From an uncultured Candidatus Saccharibacteria bacterium (lineage in GTDB: Bacteria > Patescibacteriota > Doudnabacteria > UBA920), in the NCBI GenBank assembly GCA_964477805.1, contig CAYZEK010000002.1:1-57115 (forward strand): a stretch of DNA of 57,115 nucleotides, written 5' to 3'. The notes under the pieces were generated by a model. It was not told the origin of the DNA. It searched no databases and worked only from the letters and a program-made list of their open reading frames with translations. The number at the start of each line of letters is the position of its first letter. The stretch's first letter is position 1. Below, in pieces: positions 29,772 through 38,759 of the stretch. The translations under genes were made by a program, and so were the position numbers.

Positions 29772-29816
29772 AATTTAATTTATTTTTGTTTGAGTTTCGA
29801 TAGTTATTAATCGTTA

Positions 29817-29833
29817 AAACTATTATACCACAT
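29817..29833. repeat. Left copy of a perfect 17-bp direct repeat, aaactattataccacat
   Basis: Identical 17-mer at 46550-46566; contains the TGGTATAAT element of the 29771 gene. Confidence 0.9.
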
Positions 29834-29857
29834 CCCCCATTCAAAGCAAGTCTGGAC

Positions 29858-29886
29858 TTGACTAAATACTGAAAAAACAGTAAACT
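29858..29886 (+). promoter_or_regulatory. Promoter of the 223-aa gene: TTGACTAAAT class, 17-nt spacer, TAAACT
   Basis: ttgactaaatactgaaaaaacagtaaact; GGAGG Shine-Dalgarno before ATG 29951. Confidence 0.5.
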
Positions 29887-29950
29887 ACTGAGTTGCCTAA
29901 AAAATTAGGTAGCATTCAAAAAAGCTCAACAAATTGGAGGATAAATTTTT

Positions 29951-30622
29951 ATGAACGAAGCACATTCCCAGCAAATTCTACTGGCTGGCGAAAAAGAGCA
30001 ATTACGCTTGATTGCTCGTAGACAACTCAGCAAGATCTACTCCGGACTCGCGGGATCAAAGATGGTCCCTAGCGAATATCTAGCGATGACGCTGGAAGTC
30101 CTGTCAACCCCTGGAAAAAACATCTATGAGGAAATCCTCAGAGAGAGGATAAAGAAAGCGTATCCAAAATACGCCCAATCTTCCGGCCTCATCTCTGACC
30201 CGACGTCCAAAGAGATGAAAGATAAACTCTTCCTTCCTGAAGAGCAAAAATTGCTGGGGGCGTACATTGATCGCGACAGGTCCAGGTTTGCATCGCAGTT
30301 TGAAGGGGTCGAGGAAGACCAACCCATCGATAGCGAATTTTTGCAAAAATGGGTGGAGCATCGAGCTGAGGTGTTCCGGCGTCAACATTTGAGAGTGCTC
30401 GGTGAAGAAGCCGATTCAATCTTTCTCGAGGATCGCGACGATCCCAAGATCACCTTGTTCAAGCACAAACCGACTTGGCTGAGGAACATTCAGGAAGCCG
30501 AGAAAACGGGTAAGGCCGATCATCGCGTTGTCGAAACGCAGAAGAATCGGATCGCCGAACAAGAATCGGCAAAAGCGATGCCAGAGGAACCAAAGGTAGC
30601 CACAGCAACCCCACAAGCGTAG
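29951..30622 (+). CDS. Hypothetical soluble 223-aa protein
   Basis: Strong Shine-Dalgarno, own promoter and terminator; charged and helical; no motif recognised. Confidence 0.55.
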   Translation: MNEAHSQQILLAGEKEQLRLIARRQLSKIYSGLAGSKMVPSEYLAMTLEVLSTPGKNIYEEILRERIKKAYPKYAQSSGLISDPTSKEMKDKLFLPEEQKLLGAYIDRDRSRFASQFEGVEEDQPIDSEFLQKWVEHRAEVFRRQHLRVLGEEADSIFLEDRDDPKITLFKHKPTWLRNIQEAEKTGKADHRVVETQKNRIAEQESAKAMPEEPKVATATPQA

Positions 30623-30652
30623 CTAACCAACAACCAAAAGCATGACAATATT

Positions 30653-30682
30653 GGACAGACCACCCACAGGTCTGTCTTTTTT
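30653..30682 (+). terminator. Rho-independent terminator of the 223-aa gene
   Basis: Stem gacagacc/ggtctgtc, then T6. Confidence 0.8.
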
Positions 30683-30685
30683 CAT

Positions 30686-30717
30686 AAAAAAATCGCCCAG
30701 CAGTTGAATGCTGGGCG
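30686..30717 (-). terminator. Rho-independent terminator of the 642-aa gene
   Basis: Stem cgcccagca/tgctgggcg; the minus strand is followed by a T-run. Confidence 0.8.
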
Positions 30718-30753
30718 AAAATATGAAGAATGAAGAATCTGGTTCACGAGGCT

Positions 30754-32682
30754 TCACGGCACAGGGTCTGTGACTACTGGCGAAGTTCCTGACATCGCCC
30801 GGTCATAAACACCTTCAAGCTCCTGCTGGAACTTTGGGTTGTAAACAAAATGGTCAGCAGTGCCTTCTTTAATGCGGTCCATAACCCCATCGGCACGCAA
30901 ATCCATAATTACAAACTCCAAAGCATCACGGGTTTTTTCCGACATCGGTTCGCCATTAATGCGCGCGCCAATATCAAATGCCACTCCGATCACGTGGGTA
31001 CGAGGTTGTGTCTGAGGGAGACAACCTTGCCCATTTACCCTTACAGGCTTGTCGTACATTTCGTTCGTACGGACTAAGCCTGTAATCTCCAGCGTATTGC
31101 CACCCAATTCTTTAACTCTTGAAGCAAGCAAGTAAATCAATCCTGCTGTCGCTTTCCGAGTAAAATAATAGGAAGCTTCGTTTCCAGAATCACATTCTCC
31201 GATTCGATCTGGACCTTTCGTACGCAGAACAAATCCAGATTTAGAACTGCTTTTAAGTGCGACCAACTCTCCCTGCTTAAACGCATGTTCTACATCTGTG
31301 CGAGTTTGATATTTCGCATCAGAATTAGACCACCACGCGCGCATTGGGCGATTAGCCAAGCCACCATCAGGATCTTGCTGATCCTTGATCATAGCAAGAA
31401 AACCCTTTCGATCAGTTCTCATTAAAGCAAAACCTTCAATAGCTGCCAACCCTGTGTAAACATAGGTAGCAGAACTGTCAGCTAAGCTAAATAGCAATTC
31501 ATAAGTTTTAGGGGTGCGGTTTGGAGTGCTACGAAAGAAGATATCGTCGTAGCTAATACCTGCTTCTCTGACTGCCTTAGCGATAGATCCATTCGGGTCT
31601 CTCGTTTGGCTAAAGTTAGCAGGATATTTTTTTCTCCAACCAGGGGTTGTTTCATCTAGATAATACATAACCAATTTTTTTAGGTTACCCATACCCATAT
31701 GAAACTCTACAAAGCCCCAATTCTCATCACCCCAGTACCTGGCGCTATCGCCAATGATATCGGCGGCAACAGGTATGGCGTAACTTGGATCAAGCCTGCG
31801 ATCCACTATTTTACTACCTTTCGGTATGAACTTAATTTGGTTTTTTGTCCCTGCCCGCTGAAGTACTTCTTTACAGAAACCAGCGTCCATAACCAAATCG
31901 CGCTCACATCCGACTGACAGCAAAAGCTGGGCAAACCCGGCGGCACCAGACTTGGCGTTAACCAAGTCTGTGTTGCAAAATCCTTCCACAAACAGCTGGC
32001 CCTCAAAACGTTCAGGAGTAATGCCTTGTTTTTTTGCTTCTGCATAGATGAGTGGTTGATACTTCTCCATGCATAAAGCACTTTTCTCGGCATTACCTTT
32101 CCCCCAAACAGCAAACTTAGCTTGTTCAACTCTGTTTGCTTTCCTAGTAGCCAACTCTTCAGATGTCATACTGAAGCGTTCTCTACCATAAGGAAGTTTT
32201 GCTCGGACTACCTTGACGGTATTCCAAGTCATAATCCCAGAGACGCCCACAAAAATTACTAGGGCACCCAATGAAATTAATAACTTAGTCTTCCATGGCA
32301 TGGCAATAAATTGCTTGCCAACAACCCTAACAGCTCTGGCATGAATACCATGCAAAGCACCCAGGTACCGATGAAACCAACCCAAAAATTTATTTACTCC
32401 TTGTAAGGACTTCAAAACTTTAGGGTATTCGTTGAACCAGCTCGGGTGGTCAACCAAACGAGCAACGCACCAGCGTGATAACACCAGGGATGCAAAGACT
32501 ATCACTAGTCCCAGCAAACCTGTGCGCCACCACAGGTAAAAATATAGCAGTGCCAAAATGACAGCACTACCGAACGTGAAAGCGAGAAAAATGTAATAAC
32601 TAAGCTTCGTTAAAAGCCAGCTGTAATCTTTCCCAGCCTCTCCTGATTGCCTTTTGGCAATCAAACTTTCTTCATTCTTCAT
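30754..32682 (-). CDS. Membrane-anchored putative cell-wall hydrolase: SLT-like lytic transglycosylase plus M15/LAS-like peptidase
   Basis: About 4 N-terminal TMs. SLT-like motifs FVEG..N....SGAAGFAQLL and FHMGMGN (residues about 205-335). C-terminal THVIGVAFD (HxxGxAxD) and ADHFVY (residues about 505-615). Confidence 0.62.
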   Translation of the reverse strand: MKNEESLIAKRQSGEAGKDYSWLLTKLSYYIFLAFTFGSAVILALLYFYLWWRTGLLGLVIVFASLVLSRWCVARLVDHPSWFNEYPKVLKSLQGVNKFLGWFHRYLGALHGIHARAVRVVGKQFIAMPWKTKLLISLGALVIFVGVSGIMTWNTVKVVRAKLPYGRERFSMTSEELATRKANRVEQAKFAVWGKGNAEKSALCMEKYQPLIYAEAKKQGITPERFEGQLFVEGFCNTDLVNAKSGAAGFAQLLLSVGCERDLVMDAGFCKEVLQRAGTKNQIKFIPKGSKIVDRRLDPSYAIPVAADIIGDSARYWGDENWGFVEFHMGMGNLKKLVMYYLDETTPGWRKKYPANFSQTRDPNGSIAKAVREAGISYDDIFFRSTPNRTPKTYELLFSLADSSATYVYTGLAAIEGFALMRTDRKGFLAMIKDQQDPDGGLANRPMRAWWSNSDAKYQTRTDVEHAFKQGELVALKSSSKSGFVLRTKGPDRIGECDSGNEASYYFTRKATAGLIYLLASRVKELGGNTLEITGLVRTNEMYDKPVRVNGQGCLPQTQPRTHVIGVAFDIGARINGEPMSEKTRDALEFVIMDLRADGVMDRIKEGTADHFVYNPKFQQELEGVYDRAMSGTSPVVTDPVP

Positions 32683-32720
32683 AATACTTCCCCCTTTTTT
32701 TATGTCAAAAAACTAACGAG

Positions 32721-32749
32721 ATAATACCATATTTTGCTGATTTTGTCAA
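32721..32749 (-). promoter_or_regulatory. Promoter of the hydrolase gene: TTGACAAAATC class, 17-nt spacer, TGg-TATTAT
   Basis: Minus strand reads ttgacaaaatcagcaaaatatggtattat; AAGGGGGA Shine-Dalgarno before ATG 32682. Confidence 0.6.
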
Positions 32750-32833
32750 TTTATCTTAATTCCACTTCATAAAAAGAATAAAGAAAAACATTGTCAGATG
32801 TTGCACTTGGGGGTGAAATCCAGTGCTTCGATG

Positions 32834-32862
32834 TTGACAAAATCTTATAAATTTTGTATAAT
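32834..32862 (+). promoter_or_regulatory. Consensus sigma-70-type promoter TTGACA-17-TATAAT (TTGACAAAATC class)
   Basis: ttgacaaaatcttataaattttgtataat; about 137-nt leader to ATG 33006. Confidence 0.7.
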
Positions 32863-33005
32863 ATTGTGTTAAATGCTTTGGGATTATGGCTTGTTTTTTG
32901 CACATACGGTGTGTAAAAAAGGGGTTAAAATCTTAGGAGAATCGTCTTGTCCCCCTAACAAAGACGCCTACACCAAAAAACTTACATTCTACAGGAGGTA
33001 GAATT

Positions 33006-33953
33006 ATGCGTTTACTGAAAATTTCAGGATATGTGTTTGTGCTCTTCATCTTTTTGATGATGAGCATGATCACTAGCTTTGGGCAAGAAACAACCAAAGC
33101 TACAACCGCAACCACGGCCGCCTGCGCCAAAACCGAGTTGCCCACAAGGCAACTACGAACATCCAAGATCGCTAAAGCAAAGCGCGTTAGGCATAAACGC
33201 CCACGCCGTCAAAAAGCAACAGCACAGACGACTCGGGTGATTTATCTGCCCGCACCGACGCCAAAACCGCCAGTTTTAGCAACCAACGCTGATTACAGCG
33301 ACATGGTTGTCAACGCTGGGAACGAAGGAAAACAAACTGGCAAAATCAAACTTGCGAGCGGTAACGATGCAGAAGATGCGGGAACGTATCTGAACGCATT
33401 GGCTAGCCCGAATTTGCAAGCGTGGTTCGCTGGTATGGAATTGCACGTTTTTTCACCCAACGGCGGTGACGGCCGAGTAATCATTTCCGACAAAAACGGC
33501 AAGGTTCTAGATGTCGTTAATGTCTCTGGCGAAAGGCTGGCAACTGTCATAGCGATGGAAAACAACATCGCTGACAACGCCAAATCCAGCGCCGCGACGC
33601 GAGACATGATCTCATCACTTTGGTGGATCGTGCTAGTCGGATTAGCGCTGATCGTGACTTTGTTGATCCTGAGTTACATTAGGCTAAACATCCTCAAAAT
33701 GATCGAGGCTGCAACCTACCAAATTGGAAGCAGGTTAAGTCGGACCAATGAAATGCTGAAGGATCTTCATTCTGAGACGAACAAAATTCGTTATAAGACT
33801 GATGATCTTGCCAGCGACGTTGAGAAGATCATGGCGCACTACGGTATTCATCGTAAGGATCCCAGCCCCATCCAAGCACCAATCGAGACACCCATCATTG
33901 ACGCCGAAGTGGTGGACGACGATGACCCGGACCACCCGGTGGTTGCGGGATAA
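33006..33953 (+). CDS. Hypothetical exported bitopic protein (signal peptide, basic stretch, ectodomain, TM, coiled-coil tail)
   Basis: AGGAGG Shine-Dalgarno 7 nt upstream; signal-like N-terminus; KAKRVRHKRPRRQK stretch; TM WWIVLVGLALIVTLLILSYI; acidic C-terminus. Confidence 0.55.
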   Translation: MRLLKISGYVFVLFIFLMMSMITSFGQETTKATTATTAACAKTELPTRQLRTSKIAKAKRVRHKRPRRQKATAQTTRVIYLPAPTPKPPVLATNADYSDMVVNAGNEGKQTGKIKLASGNDAEDAGTYLNALASPNLQAWFAGMELHVFSPNGGDGRVIISDKNGKVLDVVNVSGERLATVIAMENNIADNAKSSAATRDMISSLWWIVLVGLALIVTLLILSYIRLNILKMIEAATYQIGSRLSRTNEMLKDLHSETNKIRYKTDDLASDVEKIMAHYGIHRKDPSPIQAPIETPIIDAEVVDDDDPDHPVVAG

Positions 33954-34102
33954 AACCTGCAAAAGACTAGCCCATTGCTAGTTTAAGAATTTGGTGAAAC
34001 AGGGTTATTCTGAAGAAGAATATGCACTCCCGGTTGAGCTCCCAGGCCCTTGTTGCTTGGAAGAGCAACAAAGCGGTACAGACAGTAAACGCACCTCAAT
34101 TC

Positions 34103-34142
34103 AAAAAACCCCCTAACACATTTGGTGTTACGGGCGTTTTTT
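34103..34142. terminator. Bidirectional intrinsic terminator
   Basis: A6, then an imperfect stem cccctaacac/gtgttacggg, then T6; serves the 33006 transcript and the minus-strand 34145 gene. Confidence 0.65.
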
Positions 34143-34144
34143 AT

Positions 34145-34477
34145 TTATTTCTTTATTTGTTCAAATCCTGTTTTTAACACCTCCAACTCGCGGGCAATTG
34201 TGATTTGGATTTTAGCGTTTAAACCAGGTATATGAGAGGATAGCTCTTGAACTTTCTGCGACAAAGACACCGGGTCCATTTGCAATGCGTTTTCTAAATC
34301 TCTGGCTTGCTGTTCTGAAATACTATCTAAGAGAGTGTCAATGATTAAATCAGAAAAGTGTTCTGTCATTCCTTGCAACACTTCATGCTTTTGTTCATCG
34401 GAAAGATGCGCCAAGTTAAAATAACTTAACAATTCATCTTGGGATGGAACTAAATCATTTTGTTTGTTTTCTACCAT
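34145..34477 (-). CDS. Hypothetical acidic 110-aa protein
   Basis: ORF 11 nt downstream of the 884-aa gene; no motif recognised. Confidence 0.45.
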   Translation of the reverse strand: MVENKQNDLVPSQDELLSYFNLAHLSDEQKHEVLQGMTEHFSDLIIDTLLDSISEQQARDLENALQMDPVSLSQKVQELSSHIPGLNAKIQITIARELEVLKTGFEQIKK

Positions 34478-34488
34478 GGATTTGGAAA

Positions 34489-37143
34489 TTATAGACCTAA
34501 TTTTTTACGAGAAGTTTTTAAATTAGACTGAGCAATTTTTTCAGCTTTTTTAAAAATATTTATATACCCTTTTGGAATATCTTTGGGTGCTAGCTTTTCT
34601 AGATGTTTAATAATTTTACTAATTCGATCATTATCTACCCCTGGACCTACCTTTTGAGACATCTTGTAAAATGTTTCGTAAATAGAAGCTAATTTTTTTA
34701 CTTCGGGATTATCTAAAGCCGCGTCTGCATCAACTGCGTATTCACTTATTGAACGCAAAGTGTCTTGTATTTTTTTTATATCTTTGGATTTAAACCCTTC
34801 TTTGCTAACTGCACTATTTAGCAAACCACCATCTTGGCGCATCAGGTCAAACCAAATCCCCCTTTGACTCTTTGCTAAGCCTTTTGCCTCCGCTTCTTGA
34901 TATATATCTTCTGGCTTTGTCACTTCTGGTGATTTTTTCTTTGCACCCTTGCGCGATGCTGCGACTGCTACCACTGCTGTATCAACTGCTACATCATTAT
35001 TAGATTCTGCGTCTTCATTTGCGGCTACATCTTCATTCACCTCTGCATCTTCATCAGTTTCTACGTTTGCTGTTGTTTCCACAAGGTCATTTTCTGTTTG
35101 TTCAAGAGATTGATTCTCCGGATCGTGCTTAGCAATTAAATCCTCAAGTTGAGCATCTGCAGTAGCGTTAATTTCACTTAAACTTTTATGTTTTAAATGT
35201 TTTTTAAGTTTATACGCTCCGTAACCTGCTCCAATGCCCAACAACACCTCCACCACATCAACCACACCTGCCCTTGCGTAAGAATCAACAGGCTTTGTAA
35301 TAGCATCGCCAGCTTTTTTTGCAGATTCATCAGCCACAGCCCGCGCAACCTCCTGCTGTGCCTCTATCGTAGCAGAGTCAACAGGTGCTACTTCCACAGG
35401 CTTGGCATGTTCTAGCAACTTTTCAAAAAAGTGATTGCTATCAGACCCAATTTTATCGTTCTTCAGCAAATCCATGCTTTGTTCTGATAACCGATGACCA
35501 GGTGAGTTTAATAATTTCGTTAAATTGGCGATTTTTTCTGGACTGAGTTGATTAGCCTTATCCCATGCGTTTTGGATTTGATCTCCAGTCAGCTCAAACT
35601 TTTGCCCTAATTCCACCACATGCCCAACACCCTTAGTTTGATCCAAAAAATGTTCTTTCATTAAAGTATCTTCAGCAAACACCAATTTAGCTAACTGCTC
35701 TGGACTAAGTTCTGTTGAAGTATCGCCACTTAAATGATTTTTATTTACTAAATAATCATGCAACAGATCTCGAGCAGCATGAGTTGCCCCCTCCCCTTTT
35801 TCTGCCACTGTGATGAATTTTTGTTGCAGTAATTCTTTTTGTAAACTTGCCAAAGATTCATGTGCGTGAGCATTAATAACTTCTTGTTGAAGTGTTCCCA
35901 TTGCGACAGTAGCTTGCTCGGCAACATTTGGGTTGACTTGTAAAATCTTCCCAGTTTTTTCAATGGCCTGTTCAGTAATTTTTTCTGAGCTTTTGTCTCC
36001 TGGCGCCCAACCAAACACTGAACGCACGGAATCGCTATCCAACAAGGCGTGCATACCGTAACCAACCCCACCACCCAATGCGCCAGAAGCAGCCCCAACA
36101 AGAATATTTTTAACTAACTTTGCCTTAAATTGAGGGTTCTTTTGTGTCTCAAACTTTACCTTTTCAGAAAAAAGACGCCCTGATACCAGATTTTTCAAAA
36201 ACTGCCCAGAAGTCTGCCGTTCATTTTTGATACCCTCTAGTTTACGCAAACTTTTACGAGAATCACGAGATTCATGCATTACCGCAAGAAACTTTTTTGC
36301 ATCTGAAAGTTTTTCCAATTTTTCTTTAGATAATTCTAGTCGAAGCAACAACTCTGCTTTTTGCAACTTCACTTTCAACATATTAACCTCTAAGGGTAAT
36401 AGTTTGTCATTCTTAAGTGCCTTGCGACCTTTATCAATTATTTCTGCAATCCTTACTTTGTCATTCCCCTTCAAAGCTTCATCTAATTGTCGCAGTACAT
36501 CATTACTGTCAACTTTTAATCTCTCTTTCCAATAAGTTTCGATAGCTGCGAAACCGCCTCCAATCAATGCGCCAAGACCAATACTCCCACCCAAGCTAGT
36601 CCAACCCAAATATGCTCTCGCAGAGGATTTTACCACACCACGAAGCCCAGCGCCTGCTAAGGCTGGCAAAGTAAATTTTGTTGCAGTGTGTTTTAGAAAA
36701 CCAGCGAGGCGATTTTTAGAAGTCTGTCCTTGCAGTTTTTCGATTAACTCAGCTTTTAGTTTTTTAACAGCTTCCTCACCTCCCTCAAACTCACCTCCCT
36801 CAAACTCTGCCCTGATCTTTTCAAATTCTTCTGCAAAATTTTCATCAATCAACACACTTAACTCATCTACGTTGTTAAGCATGGCTTCGGCAACATCTTC
36901 TGCTTGTTGCTCTACATCTTGTTCTGGTTGTTGCTCTGATTCTTGTTCTACTTCTTGCTCTGCTTGTCGTCCAATTTCTTGTTCTGCTATATCTTCTGAA
37001 TTTTCCTCAATAGCGGTGTCTTGCGTCTCTACCTCCTGAGATTGTTTTTCTTCCTCAACAGCAAATTCAGCAGGGTCCTGTTTTACATCAGTATCATCTG
37101 CCAATTTTTTTTCTTTACCAAAAAACCGTCCAATAAAACTCAT
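34489..37143 (-). CDS. Large hypothetical protein (884 aa): acidic repeat N-terminus and three Gly-rich hydrophobic segments
   Basis: EQEVEQESEQQPEQDVEQQAE and EFEGG x2 repeats; segments GWTSLGGSIGLGALIGGGFAAI, ILVGAASGALGGGVGYGM, VLLGIGAGYGAY. Confidence 0.6.
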   Translation of the reverse strand: MSFIGRFFGKEKKLADDTDVKQDPAEFAVEEEKQSQEVETQDTAIEENSEDIAEQEIGRQAEQEVEQESEQQPEQDVEQQAEDVAEAMLNNVDELSVLIDENFAEEFEKIRAEFEGGEFEGGEEAVKKLKAELIEKLQGQTSKNRLAGFLKHTATKFTLPALAGAGLRGVVKSSARAYLGWTSLGGSIGLGALIGGGFAAIETYWKERLKVDSNDVLRQLDEALKGNDKVRIAEIIDKGRKALKNDKLLPLEVNMLKVKLQKAELLLRLELSKEKLEKLSDAKKFLAVMHESRDSRKSLRKLEGIKNERQTSGQFLKNLVSGRLFSEKVKFETQKNPQFKAKLVKNILVGAASGALGGGVGYGMHALLDSDSVRSVFGWAPGDKSSEKITEQAIEKTGKILQVNPNVAEQATVAMGTLQQEVINAHAHESLASLQKELLQQKFITVAEKGEGATHAARDLLHDYLVNKNHLSGDTSTELSPEQLAKLVFAEDTLMKEHFLDQTKGVGHVVELGQKFELTGDQIQNAWDKANQLSPEKIANLTKLLNSPGHRLSEQSMDLLKNDKIGSDSNHFFEKLLEHAKPVEVAPVDSATIEAQQEVARAVADESAKKAGDAITKPVDSYARAGVVDVVEVLLGIGAGYGAYKLKKHLKHKSLSEINATADAQLEDLIAKHDPENQSLEQTENDLVETTANVETDEDAEVNEDVAANEDAESNNDVAVDTAVVAVAASRKGAKKKSPEVTKPEDIYQEAEAKGLAKSQRGIWFDLMRQDGGLLNSAVSKEGFKSKDIKKIQDTLRSISEYAVDADAALDNPEVKKLASIYETFYKMSQKVGPGVDNDRISKIIKHLEKLAPKDIPKGYINIFKKAEKIAQSNLKTSRKKLGL
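36776..36805 (-). repeat. In-frame 15-nt tandem repeat x2 (EFEGG x2)
   Basis: tcacctccctcaaac x2. Confidence 0.9.
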
Positions 37144-37167
37144 AAATCATGTATTTATATCAATTCT

Positions 37168-37176
37168 ATTGTACCA
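37168..37176 (-). promoter_or_regulatory. Extended -10 element TGGTACAAT upstream of the 884-aa gene
   Basis: Plus-strand attgtacca, about 24 nt upstream of ATG 37143. Confidence 0.45.
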
Positions 37177-37211
37177 CACTTTCAAAAAAACTATGCCCTA
37201 GGGAAATTAAT

Positions 37212-38759
37212 CTACAAAACCCGAAAAATAGCCAGTCCGCCTGCATCAAACCCTAGCTCAAAAAAATCACTATGAACATCATTGGAAAGAAAATTATAAA
37301 TATTTGGGTTTCTAGCTACGTCAACAAAGATAAACTTAGCTCTTAAATCTTGCTTTACCAATTTATGAACAGCTTCGATAGAACCCCAATTCTCAACATT
37401 ATCATCGGCTATCTTCCGCCAATCCCAATACAAATTGGGGTCATAAATGTACATGAAAGTTGGATCTAGCCCCAGCATGTAATAATTTTTGTCATTCCAA
37501 TAAAAGAGTTGCGCCGACTGATCCCATTGCGTGTTTAAAACCAAATCCTTAGGGGCACTGTTTTTTATTAACCAACTAGAGGCATTCTGGTAACGATTAT
37601 TCGCTTCGCCAGATGACAAAGATAAATACACTTTTTGGACATTATAAAAGCCAATTAAAACAACGATGACTACAATCAACATTCCTGCGACTGTAACTTG
37701 CCAAGCAGAGACCATAAGACTTTTACATTTTCCCCATGACAATTGCCGAACATACGGACTTAAAGTAATTGCTGTTGCCAGAACAGTAAACGGCGTCCAA
37801 TACTCAATAAACCGTCGATGCCACAAAGTCAGGACGAAAAAACCAATCGCAATAGTCTGCATCCAAATTGACAGCCAATTCAGTTTGCGATTGAATATTT
37901 TTTTTGCTTCTACCACCAGCGCAATTAACCAACCAGTTAAAACCAAAATATTTGATTCCAAAAACCAATCAAATCTAAACGGCAACCACTCATTGCCAGC
38001 AGGCACTACCCTGCCCGCGCCAAGCCCAGTTTGAAATATTTGATCATATAACAATACTAAAAGATTTTGACTATGTGGATGGATAAGTAACGCAACAACA
38101 ATCCCAAAAATAGAAGAAAGTAATGGCCAAATATCCACTTTCCGTTCTGAGATCATTATTGCCATTGAGTATGCGATCAAAAATAACGGCACACAAACAA
38201 AGCCACCATATGTCCAAGCAAAAATTCCAGACAGAACGCCAATTAGAGCTAATAATTTTTTGTTTTTTTGCTGATGGTATTGATAAGTAATTAAAGTTAT
38301 CAAGCATAGTAAAGCTAGCGAAATAGTGTTGGCTTTCACCACATTAATGCGAAAAATAAAATCAACCGATCCGAGCAATGTTAGCAATAGCCAAAATGGT
38401 TTACCGGGAACCTGCATTTTAGACATCAACAACCAAAAACAAACAAAAAATATTGTACTAAACAGAATGATTGATACAGGTAATAACCCAACTGTATTAA
38501 ATGGCACTAACAACCAATGATATAGATAATGTTGATCTGCGTACCCCTCGCTCCAAGTTGTATAAGCAAGCCATGGAAAAGTATCCCCCAGCCTTCCTTC
38601 TGATACAAGCTGAGAAGCTTTGGCATGATAAAACCCATCTGGATCGGAGAACTTTCCCCAAACAGAAATTTGTAATCCTGTGATTACTAATACTGCTAAT
38701 GCAAGGCTAATCCAAGTTGTTTTGGTCGACTTGATAAATTTTAACATCTGAGTTTTCAT
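37212..38759 (-). CDS. Polytopic membrane protein, GT-C-fold glycosyltransferase-like
   Basis: More than 10 predicted TMs; DPDGFYH acidic motif in the first loop resembles the DxD loop of the ArnT/PMT/STT3-type fold; assignment is weak. Confidence 0.5.
   Translation of the reverse strand: MKTQMLKFIKSTKTTWISLALAVLVITGLQISVWGKFSDPDGFYHAKASQLVSEGRLGDTFPWLAYTTWSEGYADQHYLYHWLLVPFNTVGLLPVSIILFSTIFFVCFWLLMSKMQVPGKPFWLLLTLLGSVDFIFRINVVKANTISLALLCLITLITYQYHQQKNKKLLALIGVLSGIFAWTYGGFVCVPLFLIAYSMAIMISERKVDIWPLLSSIFGIVVALLIHPHSQNLLVLLYDQIFQTGLGAGRVVPAGNEWLPFRFDWFLESNILVLTGWLIALVVEAKKIFNRKLNWLSIWMQTIAIGFFVLTLWHRRFIEYWTPFTVLATAITLSPYVRQLSWGKCKSLMVSAWQVTVAGMLIVVIVVLIGFYNVQKVYLSLSSGEANNRYQNASSWLIKNSAPKDLVLNTQWDQSAQLFYWNDKNYYMLGLDPTFMYIYDPNLYWDWRKIADDNVENWGSIEAVHKLVKQDLRAKFIFVDVARNPNIYNFLSNDVHSDFFELGFDAGGLAIFRVL

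Noticed and set aside
30104-30616. Four minus-strand ORFs (66-94 aa) stacked opposite the 223-aa plus-strand gene
   Set aside because: They overlap one another in different frames and lack Shine-Dalgarno or promoter signals. Antisense ORFs of similar size also occur opposite ordinary genes such as mreB and recJ, so the plus-strand gene with Shine-Dalgarno, promoter and terminator is the real one.
32935-32961. AGGAG followed 7 nt later by TTG-TCC-CCC-TAA, a possible 3-codon leader mini-ORF
   Set aside because: It is too short and rests on a non-ATG start. It cannot be distinguished from chance without conservation or ribosome profiling.
32933-33166. 77-aa minus-strand ORF spanning the 33006 start region
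   Set aside because: It overlaps the Shine-Dalgarno, ATG and signal peptide of the well-supported plus-strand gene and has no signals of its own.
36227-37039. Plus-strand Ser-rich ORFs (102 and 117 aa) opposite the 884-aa gene
   Set aside because: Their low-complexity Ser/Cys runs are simply the reverse-frame reading of the Glu/Gln-rich repeats on the coding strand.
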